Of a stretch of 64,000 bases of DNA, positions 19,490-28,022 are shown piece after piece. Each line of letters begins with the position of its first letter. Positions within the stretch are counted from its first letter, which is position 1. The position numbers were made by a program, and so were the translations under genes. This DNA comes from a plasmid: the NCBI RefSeq assembly GCF_056746865.1, contig NZ_JBWKMP010000004.1. The stretch is one strand, 5' to 3'. The notes below the pieces were generated by a model, which made no database searches, was not told the origin of the DNA, and was given only the letters and a program-made list of their open reading frames with translations.

Positions 19490-22126
19490 CTACAACGGCA
19501 GGGAGAACGAGGCGGTTTCGAGCGATTCTCCCTCATTCAGCCTGTTCTGCATGTCGCTGACGAAGGCATCCATCTGACTGTTGGCAAAGAATTTAATCCC
19601 GACCAGCCTGACGTCCTCATTTTCATCAATCACAATGCGCTCCCTGTCATTCAGCGTTTCCAGCATCTGCTCTTTCCATGCGTCATCCAGCAGCCGGTCA
19701 TCCCCCTTTGGCTCAAGGAACACCTGCCAGTAAGTGTTGTCCGAATGGCGCGTCAGTATCATGATGAAATCCGGCATAAACCCGCGCACGCCGCCGAACT
19801 CCGTGAGTTTAAAGCGCGTTGACTGCTCGTCGTTACGCAGTACGTAAATGTCGTCGTAACGCGCTTTCAGCTTCGGCATGAATGCTTCCAGCGTTTTCAC
19901 AAGGCGATGCTCAAGCTGGTTCAGTATCGCGTTATCGTACACGTACCATTTTTTACCGATGGTCGGTGCGGTGGTGATTTTCTGGTTAATGACCACCGAC
20001 GGGTCAATGTGCAGGCTGTAGTCTTTAATCACCTCCTTCACCGGCTGGCTGATAAAGCGGTACGTGCCTTTCACCTTCTGGTCATTGCGGCGTATGTTCT
20101 CTGAGATGCGCAGCAGCACAGTTTCCAGCAGGTGCAGTTTCTCTTTTGCCGGTACAGAGGAGAAATCCAGTGACTGCGGTACGGTGACGGTGATTTTTAG
20201 CTTGCCAAGATAGGCGTCACTGCGAATAAACTCACGGATGCCGGTCAGTTTCGGGAAGAAGCGTTGCAGGTTATCCAGCGCGTAGAAGCTGATCCTCTGC
20301 ATCGCCTTGCGGTAAAAACGCTCGTCCAGTACCAGGGGTTCCGGTTTTGTTATGACTGCCGTTGCGCCCGTCAGGTTGTCCAGCGACTCCTCACCGGCGG
20401 TCTGATACGGTATCTCAAAGCGTGTTTCCAGCGAGTAGGTTTCCCAGCGCCGGCTGCTGCTCTCAATCTCTTCCACTTTGTTGAAATACAGCTTACCCGT
20501 CTGATAGACCGTGGATTTCTTGAAGTCTTCTTTCAGTCTGGCGTGTTCAATCGTGCCGCTGCCATCCTGATGCACGTCAATGTCCGCCTGCTCTAATGAT
20601 GCGTGCAGCGTTTTTATATAAGCTGGTTCATTGATGGTGTGATAGTGCAGTTGCTCCAGCACACTCAAATCTTTCGCGCTGTTATCAAACCGGCGGGTGA
20701 AGCTGCGCTTACCGTCATAAACGAACGGGTAGTAACGCGCACCACGCCCGATAAGCTGCGCCTCGCTGTCCGTGCCGGTTTTGCTGCTGCTCGCCTGCTC
20801 GCTGATGCGGACAATGTCGTAGAGGTTGAGCACGTCCCAGCCTTCGTTGACCTTCGCCACGGCAAAGACGGCTCTCACCGGATTATCGATGTTTTCCAGT
20901 GTGTTCAGCAGGACGGGGTTTTCTTCCAGCAGGTCTGACTTGTTGACGTTCAGCAGGTTGAAGTCGTTAAAGTCTTCCTGAATCTGTTGGATAACCGTCA
21001 CTAAATCGCTGTCAGCGTAACGCTGAATCACTTTGTGCCAGATACTGGTGTCAGAGCTGAGCTGTACTCTTTTGTTCGCCAGGTGGCGTCTGACGCTCTC
21101 AGGCGTCATTGCCGCAATCAGTTGCGAAAACTCCTCCTGCTTCGCCTTTGATATCGCAATCTTGTTCGACTTGAACAGAATGACCGGCTTGAAGCCGGTG
21201 ATGCCGTTATCTGCTGCTGTCAGTTTACGGTACTGGCTTAACAGTACCGCATCGAGCATCTTGTCACCGTCATTCTGGTTGGCTTCCAGCAGCATGACTT
21301 TCTTCGAATAGCCGTCTGACATGAACTGCTTCAGGTCATACTGATAAACCACTTTGTCACGGTATTTTTGCCCGATATCTTTATTTGCCAGGTCAATGGT
21401 GGCGGTGAACTCGAACAGCCGGTTATCCGGTCGCAGGTCGAGGATGTTCTCAATCGTGCGTTCCCAGGTCTGCTCCTCGTTCTCCGGTGAGGTTTTCGAC
21501 TTTCCTCTGGCTTTGGTGCCGGCGTTGAAGTGATGCGCCTCGTCACCAAGCAGCACAAGCGGAATTTCCTTCAAATCCTCGTAGGTGATGCTGTTCTCAC
21601 GATAGCTGTTCAGCTCATCGTGCATCTTATGGATGGTTGAGAGCTTAAGGTAAATCGTGTTGCGTTCCGGTACGGACGGGAACGTCTCCACCGGTGCGAT
21701 GGTGATTTTTTCCCCGTCGATTTCCAGCTCCTGACTGAACAGGTACTTCGGCGACTGCGGATTCAGCAGGTTCTCACGGGTTTTCTGGATAATCGCGTCG
21801 GTATGCACGAAGAAGATAAAATTCTGATACCCGTACTCTTTAAACAGATAGAGTATCGTCCCCGCCATCACCATCGTTTTCCCTGCACCGGTTGCCATGT
21901 GAAACAGCAGATGACGGTAATGCAGCAGCGCCTCTTCACGTTTACGCTGCGTGTAATGCAGGTAACGCAGTGCACCGTGCTGATACGGACGCAGGGCATC
22001 CTTCAGATTCGCCTGAATGTAGTCCGGCGTCTGGTAGTTATCGTGGAACAGCCCCGGTTCATCAAATTGCTTCAGCTTGTTAAACAGCAGCTTCTCGCTG
22101 CCGGCTGAGGTCGGTTTCTTCGCCAT
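19490..22126 (-). CDS. res: Type III restriction endonuclease subunit Res (SF2 helicase + nuclease)
   Basis: 878-aa ORF with Walker A (MATGAGKTMV), DEAH box (LLGDEAHH); 4 bp downstream of mod. Confidence 0.85.
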   Translation of the reverse strand: MAKKPTSAGSEKLLFNKLKQFDEPGLFHDNYQTPDYIQANLKDALRPYQHGALRYLHYTQRKREEALLHYRHLLFHMATGAGKTMVMAGTILYLFKEYGYQNFIFFVHTDAIIQKTRENLLNPQSPKYLFSQELEIDGEKITIAPVETFPSVPERNTIYLKLSTIHKMHDELNSYRENSITYEDLKEIPLVLLGDEAHHFNAGTKARGKSKTSPENEEQTWERTIENILDLRPDNRLFEFTATIDLANKDIGQKYRDKVVYQYDLKQFMSDGYSKKVMLLEANQNDGDKMLDAVLLSQYRKLTAADNGITGFKPVILFKSNKIAISKAKQEEFSQLIAAMTPESVRRHLANKRVQLSSDTSIWHKVIQRYADSDLVTVIQQIQEDFNDFNLLNVNKSDLLEENPVLLNTLENIDNPVRAVFAVAKVNEGWDVLNLYDIVRISEQASSSKTGTDSEAQLIGRGARYYPFVYDGKRSFTRRFDNSAKDLSVLEQLHYHTINEPAYIKTLHASLEQADIDVHQDGSGTIEHARLKEDFKKSTVYQTGKLYFNKVEEIESSSRRWETYSLETRFEIPYQTAGEESLDNLTGATAVITKPEPLVLDERFYRKAMQRISFYALDNLQRFFPKLTGIREFIRSDAYLGKLKITVTVPQSLDFSSVPAKEKLHLLETVLLRISENIRRNDQKVKGTYRFISQPVKEVIKDYSLHIDPSVVINQKITTAPTIGKKWYVYDNAILNQLEHRLVKTLEAFMPKLKARYDDIYVLRNDEQSTRFKLTEFGGVRGFMPDFIMILTRHSDNTYWQVFLEPKGDDRLLDDAWKEQMLETLNDRERIVIDENEDVRLVGIKFFANSQMDAFVSDMQNRLNEGESLETASFSLPL

Positions 22127-22130
22127 GCCG

Positions 22131-24179
22131 TCACTCCATTCCGTAGAAGCTGCGGGTAAAGGCTTTATCGCTCTCTGAAATGTTCAGGTCACTGTCATCC
22201 ATATCGGAAGCGTTCACATAGAGCTGATTTTTATCGAGGATTTCAATCAGCAGTTGCTTCTGCTCATGCAGTTCCAGTTCGCTGAAGGCGACTTTACGGA
22301 AAATACCATCCACTTCGTACTCAGCCGACAGCACGTTCTCCAGTGCCACCTGATAGTTGAGATGTGCCTCTGTTTTCATCACGGCAAAGAGCTTTTCGAG
22401 TTCTTCAGTGGACTGCGCTTTCTGTATTTCATGCACAAAGTAGGCGTTCAGCTCCATCAGTTCAGCGTAGACAAAGCTGCCGCCACCCTGCCAGTTGATG
22501 TCTTTTGAGATCCCCCCCTGTTCACCTCCGATGACTTTTTGCAGGCGTGGTACCGTTATGTCGTTGATGTAATCCATCTGTTCAATACCAATGTAGCGAC
22601 GCCCCATCTTATGGGCTACTGCTGCGGTTGTTCCGCTACCTAAATGAAAGTCTAAGATTAAATCGCCTGCCTTTGTAGATAGCTCTATGACCCTTTTAAT
22701 TAACAACTCTGGTTTCTTTCCGTTTTCGAAACTTACATATCCACCTTCTTTATTTAAATTGTTATATTGGATGTCATCCCATAAGGTATTTATTTTCTGC
22801 ATGTAGTTATAACTTTCACCATTTTTCTCCAGCATGTCGGATAGGAACATAAACATATCTTTATTGCTGGCGTTGTAGAATATTTCAACTGGCGTTCCTT
22901 TGTTTTTCCCTTTTAATGGTGTGTACTCTACGCTAACAATGCCATTATTTATTTCTTCTAGTTCTTTTAGAACTCGGCCTCTGACACTGGATTGTGCATT
23001 TGTTGTTCTATAAACAATCCCTGCATAGTCTTTATATACGTCGTTTTCACTTATGCCTTTTTCTTTTGAAAATCTAGATATGGAGGTGGTTTTGGCATAG
23101 GGGTAGTGATTGTAAGTAACTCCATCTTCACTTTTTATGGGCGTTTTTGCACCTAAATCTAAGAGTATTTGAGTGTATTTCCAGCTCTTACCGCTATCCT
23201 TGTATTCATTTACATACTGAATTACCTCTGTTTTTTTGAAAACAGGGTTAAGCATGGCAAGTTCTTTTCTTTTCGAATATAAAATTATAAATTCAGTTGC
23301 ATCTCTTAAGCTTTTTCCTTCCGAGCTTCCAGATACACCACCTATCTTTGTTTTTATTGTTATAATATTGATGAAGTTTTCTACACCAAATATGTTATCC
23401 ATTAACACCTTCAAATGGAATAACTCGTTATCATCACATTGTATAAAAATAAACCCATCATCTGATAATAATTTAAGTGATGTTTCAAGCCTATTTTTCA
23501 TGAATGTTAACCACGTGGAGTGGTTAAATCTATCATTATATTTAAAGCTATCGGAACCAGTGTTATATGGAGGGTCAATATATATTAACTTTACCTCGCC
23601 TTTATGGGGGGTTATTAATGAATTAAGGGCAATTAAGTTATTTCCTTTGATGATTAAATTATCACTTTGATCAAAGTAAGATATATTGTTTTGTGCACCA
23701 TTTTTTGTATGTCGTTTAACATTAGTGAATACCTTTGGAGAGAAAAGTCGATCAATCTCATCACGAGCAATGATTTCATTGTAATAAATCTCATCTTTCC
23801 CCTGATTTTCTTTGGTCATTCCGCCTTCAAGAACACAATCCTTAAAAGGAAAGTCCAGCACCACATCAGAGCTGTAATCAAGGTATTTCCCTTCACTGGT
23901 TAATCCCACCTTGTTCCGGTATTTAGTGAAGCTGTTCGCCCAGTATTCTTTGTATTTAAGAAATTTGCATAAATTATCAAAATCAAAAATAAAAATTCCG
24001 TCTATATCCGTACCGTAAACAGCGCGGATTTTTTCATTCGCCACCAATGCCTTGATAAGGTCTGGCTGCTTTTGACTGATAGCGTCACTCACCATTGAAC
24101 GTTGTAATTCCTCTCCGTTCCAGAACTGCGGGAATGCTTTTAAAACCTTGTTAAGTTCTTTTATTAATTCTGTCTGCAT
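22131..24179 (-). CDS. mod: Type III DNA methyltransferase subunit Mod
   Basis: 682-aa ORF with DPPYN motif (LIYIDPPYNTGSD) and C-terminal AdoMet motif (FHLGSGTTAAVA); strongly AT-rich central segment (likely target-recognition domain). Confidence 0.85.
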   Translation of the reverse strand: MQTELIKELNKVLKAFPQFWNGEELQRSMVSDAISQKQPDLIKALVANEKIRAVYGTDIDGIFIFDFDNLCKFLKYKEYWANSFTKYRNKVGLTSEGKYLDYSSDVVLDFPFKDCVLEGGMTKENQGKDEIYYNEIIARDEIDRLFSPKVFTNVKRHTKNGAQNNISYFDQSDNLIIKGNNLIALNSLITPHKGEVKLIYIDPPYNTGSDSFKYNDRFNHSTWLTFMKNRLETSLKLLSDDGFIFIQCDDNELFHLKVLMDNIFGVENFINIITIKTKIGGVSGSSEGKSLRDATEFIILYSKRKELAMLNPVFKKTEVIQYVNEYKDSGKSWKYTQILLDLGAKTPIKSEDGVTYNHYPYAKTTSISRFSKEKGISENDVYKDYAGIVYRTTNAQSSVRGRVLKELEEINNGIVSVEYTPLKGKNKGTPVEIFYNASNKDMFMFLSDMLEKNGESYNYMQKINTLWDDIQYNNLNKEGGYVSFENGKKPELLIKRVIELSTKAGDLILDFHLGSGTTAAVAHKMGRRYIGIEQMDYINDITVPRLQKVIGGEQGGISKDINWQGGGSFVYAELMELNAYFVHEIQKAQSTEELEKLFAVMKTEAHLNYQVALENVLSAEYEVDGIFRKVAFSELELHEQKQLLIEILDKNQLYVNASDMDDSDLNISESDKAFTRSFYGME

Positions 24180-24365
24180 GTCATGACCTTATGACTGTTT
24201 AATATCTGAATGATTGTAAGATATAGCGTCCGGCGCTGGAACCCGACAGCGATGAGTTGAATTCAGTTGCGGGAAAATGCACCAGAATAAGTGGTATTTA
24301 ACATAAACTCTCTTACGCGCACCACCCGAACACCACTCACCACGAAAACACGCCGGAACACGTAA

Positions 24366-24442
24366 AAGGGGTCCGTTTGGGAAACGGACAATATTGTACG
24401 GCAAGCCTGTTTTTTGAACAGGCCAAATCATCGCAGTAGGGT
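24366..24442. repeat. 77-bp hairpin-containing segment (copy X) upstream of mod
   Basis: AAGGGGTCCGTTTGGGAAACGGACAATATTGTACGGCAAGCCTGTTTTTTGAACAGG...; inverted copy at 26891-26966. Confidence 0.8.
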
Positions 24443-24631
24443 ACGCCCTTTGTAGGTGCCGTCTTCGATGTGAGAAAGAGCGTCCAGCGATACCAGGCCC
24501 GAGAACAGCGTGAACTGCCGCAATGAGCTTTTGTATGCGTGGGTAACTATACCGCGCACTTCACGCGCGGTGCTCGGTTTTGAGGCCGAAAATTGCAGGA
24601 TCTCAAAGACGTGGTGTAGGGCTAGTGCCAT
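24428..24631 (-). CDS. small hypothetical protein (67 aa)
   Basis: ORF with AAGGA 6 nt upstream of ATG; last gene downstream of the uncharacterised cluster; no recognisable motif. Confidence 0.3.
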   Translation of the reverse strand: MALALHHVFEILQFSASKPSTAREVRGIVTHAYKSSLRQFTLFSGLVSLDALSHIEDGTYKGRTLLR

Positions 24632-24673
24632 GGGGCGTCCTTAAAATAAAGCCCCATAGCATGAGCAGTGTCG

Positions 24674-25081
24674 TTAGTCGTTAAACTCGCCATCTCGCAG
24701 TTGGCGATTGCCTTCAACAATTTCCCACGCACGATTTAACCCTTCACGCATCAGATCGAAAGTACAGTCGCGGTCGTTAGAATAGGCGCCGACAAAAATG
24801 ATGTATTCCATTTCAGGTTCGCCGAACTCAGGCGAGCAGCCAAAGTTATGGAAAGCCGCCTGCCATTTGCCATTGTTCTCATTCGGCATGTGGAAAAGCT
24901 GCATTGGACGCTCATTAGGTGAGAATTCTACAAAGCTCGCTGAACTACCTGCGGATAAGCCTACTCTGGAATGCCCATCAAAAAAGTAATTATGGGCACA
25001 TCTGATACCTTCCACATAGATCACCCGCCCATCTGGCAGCTTTTTCAGGACCAGGTACACTTCACGACGCTGAATACTCAT
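24674..25081 (-). CDS. hypothetical cytoplasmic protein (135 aa)
   Basis: ORF with AGGAA RBS 5 nt upstream of ATG; no signal peptide; no family recognised. Confidence 0.5.
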   Translation of the reverse strand: MSIQRREVYLVLKKLPDGRVIYVEGIRCAHNYFFDGHSRVGLSAGSSASFVEFSPNERPMQLFHMPNENNGKWQAAFHNFGCSPEFGEPEMEYIIFVGAYSNDRDCTFDLMREGLNRAWEIVEGNRQLRDGEFND

Positions 25082-25152
25082 TTTTATTCCTGTAGTTATG
25101 GGTAGCAGTGGAGAGTAAGAATGACCCCAGCCGGTGCCAAGGCCAAAGAACT

Positions 25153-25695
25153 TTAGCCAGCCAGGGAAAGGGCTTCTGCGATGGCTCGGTTGAACTCGGG
25201 GATCGCCTCATCGTAAGACATTCCGCCGCAGGGATGCTTGACGCAAGCCCATGTTACCGGCAGTTCCGGTAAGTGATCCCACATCTGATAGCCCAACACC
25301 AAAATGACATCGGGCCTCAGCTCGGCCACCACTTCTTCAAGCACAGTAGCTGCATCACGCCACATAGCACGCGTGGGACGTATACGGCCAGCATCGCCCA
25401 CAAACTCCTGAACGTAGTTGTAGAAGGCTACATGCTGCCAGGCTTCACGCCGTTCCTCTGCGGTCGGCTCGTCAGTTGTGCCTCGTAGCAGATTGGTGGC
25501 TATCGTGAAAAAACGAAGCCCTGGCTGGAAAGCATGCTCGTTAATAACGTGCTGGGTAAAGTCAGGGGCGTAGTCTTCCGGTTCACCATAGTGGGACTCA
25601 CCCAACACCATAACGCGGACGCCGTAGCGGCTTGAGTGATAATGGTCACCCACCCAAGGCTGAAATTTCACGCTGGAATTAGTTGCTGTTTGCAT
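25153..25695 (-). CDS. hypothetical protein with uracil-DNA-glycosylase-superfamily-like motifs (180 aa)
   Basis: N-terminal VMVLGESHYGEP resembles the UDG water-activating loop (GQDPYH) and C-terminal VKHPCGGMS resembles the HPSPLS motif; start overlaps upstream gene by 17 bp. Confidence 0.45.
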   Translation of the reverse strand: MQTATNSSVKFQPWVGDHYHSSRYGVRVMVLGESHYGEPEDYAPDFTQHVINEHAFQPGLRFFTIATNLLRGTTDEPTAEERREAWQHVAFYNYVQEFVGDAGRIRPTRAMWRDAATVLEEVVAELRPDVILVLGYQMWDHLPELPVTWACVKHPCGGMSYDEAIPEFNRAIAEALSLAG

Positions 25696-26128
25696 ACGTT
25701 ACATTCTCACACTTTGCATCACTGATGGGCATGGACGCATTATAAATATCCTCAAGTGCCAACGTTACCTCGCTTTTGCGCAAGATGGCGTCCCGCAGCA
25801 TCGTCAATCGGAAGTTAGAGCCTTTCCAGTAATACTCTTTGTACTTGTCATCTGCGACGAAACCGCCTTCTCGATGGCGTTCATACACGATAGGTGGCAT
25901 GCCCCCTTTGTCGGACGGGTGAAGCTCCAGCCAACGCTCATATTTTCCGTTCTCGTAGATTGTCAGCCGCTGCGCTGGGTCGGTCAACTTACCCCCGTCC
26001 AGCACCCACCGGCACATCATTGACGCTATTTCTTTTGCTGCGGGATCTATGGTTGATGGGGTGCCAGCATTAGCCTGGTAGGCCATAAGAAACGCCGCGG
26101 ACATAATGAGTGTGTGGCGTAGTTTCAT
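25679..26128 (-). CDS. hypothetical exported protein (149 aa, Sec signal peptide)
   Basis: N-terminus MKLRHTLIMSAAFLMAYQANA; AAGGGA RBS; 10 bp after upstream lipoprotein gene. Confidence 0.55.
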   Translation of the reverse strand: MKLRHTLIMSAAFLMAYQANAGTPSTIDPAAKEIASMMCRWVLDGGKLTDPAQRLTIYENGKYERWLELHPSDKGGMPPIVYERHREGGFVADDKYKEYYWKGSNFRLTMLRDAILRKSEVTLALEDIYNASMPISDAKCENVTYANSN

Positions 26129-26138
26129 GAGAGATCCC

Positions 26139-26678
26139 TTAGTTCAGATTGCATCCAATGCGGAAGGCATTGCCGATTTCAGTGTATTCAGCACGGCTTG
26201 CGCCCGTGAGCTTAGTGGCTTCACTGCTGAAGTGCGTATTGTCGCGGGTGCATTTTTCTGGCGTGGATTGCGCGCCTTTGAGGCACATAGAGTACGCAAC
26301 AGACGGATTAGCGAACTGGGTACGCTGGGCGTAGCCTTCGCACACAGCAGTTGCACGGGCCTGCTTCTGGCGCGCGGTCATCGGTTTGATTGCCTTACTA
26401 TTGGCAGCCTTCAGCTTATAGCAGCTCAGATTACGCGAGCGGGCAGCTGCCTCTAGGGCTTTTGAGCGGCTAAGATTGTCGTTGTATTCAGGATGGCTGG
26501 ATGGGTTAACATTCAGGCTCGGCTGTATCGCGTCAGATGCCTGGCAAAGTTGCTGATCGCTGTATCTGGCAATCTCCGCTGCCTCTATCGCGGCTTTGTC
26601 TGGATGCGGGGCTTTGGGTGCGGGAGTAGCGCATCCTGCTAATGCCAGCGCCAATGAGGCGGCTAATAGTCGTTTCAT
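26139..26678 (-). CDS. hypothetical lipoprotein (179 aa, lipobox LAGC, multiple Cys)
   Basis: MKRLLAASLALALAGCATPA... signal with lipobox; several cysteines suggesting periplasmic disulfides. Confidence 0.55.
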   Translation of the reverse strand: MKRLLAASLALALAGCATPAPKAPHPDKAAIEAAEIARYSDQQLCQASDAIQPSLNVNPSSHPEYNDNLSRSKALEAAARSRNLSCYKLKAANSKAIKPMTARQKQARATAVCEGYAQRTQFANPSVAYSMCLKGAQSTPEKCTRDNTHFSSEATKLTGASRAEYTEIGNAFRIGCNLN

Positions 26679-26890
26679 GGGTTCGAGTGCCCTGTATGCA
26701 AGTTGTAGAAGGGATCAGTTTAGAGATCGGAAATTATTGTACGTTCAGCGCGGTATTTAACCACTAATACCCGTAACGGATTGATTTAGAGCCAGTGGCT
26801 ATCGCTTTTAAATTATCGCCTAATCAGTATCGCATTTAGGTTATCCGATTAGCCAAAAACCGCGGAAAACGTCGTATAGCGCGGGAGTTC

Positions 26891-26966
26891 ACCCTACTGC
26901 GATGATTTCGACTGTTCAAAAAACAGGCTTACCGTACAATATTGTCCGTTTCCCAAACGGCCCCTT
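26891..26966. repeat. inverted copy (X') of the 77-bp hairpin segment
   Basis: reverse complement of 24366-24442 with a few mismatches. Confidence 0.8.
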
Positions 26967-27040
26967 AAATCTTCTCCGCTCCAAAATTGCGGAAACGCTT
27001 TTAAAACCTTGTTCAGTTCTTTGATTAATTCGGTCTGCAT
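26966..27040 (-). pseudogene. partial duplicate of mod 5' end (first ~22 codons) with diverged copy of mod promoter region upstream (27041-27240)
   Basis: encodes MQTELIKELNKVLKAFPQFW identical to Mod N-terminus, then fuses to X'-derived sequence (48-codon frame 26894-27040); upstream 200 bp is ~80% identical to 24180-24365. Confidence 0.7.
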
Positions 27041-27325
27041 GTCATGGCCTTATGACTGTTAGAGATTGAAATGATTGTAAGGTATCGCGTCCAATGCTGG
27101 AACCTGACAGTAATGCTGCTGATACAATTGCGGAAAAATGCACCAAAACAGGTGGTATTTAACATAAGGGATCTTACGCGCACCACCGATCAGGTACTCA
27201 CGACGAAAACACGTCAAAACGCGCAAAACAGCCTGTTTTCTGCCCCCAAAATTGGCTGTTTTTGTGTTGCCGGTTTGTTATCAAAACGACGGATATGATT
27301 TCAGCCAGCAAACGGGCTGAAACCT

Positions 27326-27775
27326 CTATTTTTTCCAGAATTTCCATGATTTTTTCACCATCGGCTGCGTGACAGGTTCTGGTGTTGCCGGTAGCTTGGA
27401 CTCTATCAGTAACAGGGCTTGCTTGAGATCCTCGTTGCGCTTGTCTTTTTCAGCGAGTAGGAGTTCTTTTTCACGCAGCAATGCCTTTACGAGTTCTATT
27501 TCAGCTTTTAAAGCATAGTTTTCATGCAGCAAATTCTGGTCAGTTAACTGTACGGATTCTCCTGCCAAACTCTGCACAGTGCTGCCTGATTGTTCACTGC
27601 CAAGTTGCTGACCAGTAAATGATCCGAAAACACGCAGAAGCTCTGATGTATCTAGCTTTGAAGAACCACTGCTATCTGTGCACTTGGTCAGTTTTCCCTG
27701 CTTAATGTATGACTGCACTGTTGTGCGACTTTTTCCTGTCAGTCTTGCGGCTTCGCTGATTGATACCAGTGCCAT
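27326..27775 (-). CDS. hypothetical HTH DNA-binding protein with C-terminal coiled coil (149 aa)
   Basis: N-terminal SISEAARLTGKSRTTVQSYIKQGKL helix-turn-helix-like; function unknown. Confidence 0.45.
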   Translation of the reverse strand: MALVSISEAARLTGKSRTTVQSYIKQGKLTKCTDSSGSSKLDTSELLRVFGSFTGQQLGSEQSGSTVQSLAGESVQLTDQNLLHENYALKAEIELVKALLREKELLLAEKDKRNEDLKQALLLIESKLPATPEPVTQPMVKKSWKFWKK

Positions 27776-27782
27776 AGATACC

Positions 27783-28022
27783 TCAGAACCGTCCGTATTT
27801 AGCTAAAATTTTCTCTAGCGTGGCTCGTTGTTTTTGGGTCAGCCATGTAAATGAGTCGTTGAGATCGTGCTTGCTTTGCATATCGCTTAGAAATTTAGCC
27901 TCAAAGCTAGTGAGCTGGATTTTTGCGGTCAGTGCATCGTGTAGTGTCTTTTTAAGACCGTTATGCAATTGACTGTCTTGCGTGCTGTTTGTCACCGGAA
28001 TGGGCGTTCTTGTTGTTTTTTC
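27783..28022 (-). pseudogene. 3' end of an unidentified gene truncated by IS26
   Basis: frame runs into the IS26 IR at 28023 without a start codon; ends ...QKQRATLEKILAKYGRF. Confidence 0.35.

Noticed and set aside
24189-24431. 80-aa minus-strand ORF in the mod upstream region
   Set aside because: Lies in the promoter region duplicated at 27041-27240, where the frame is not conserved; more likely non-coding regulatory sequence
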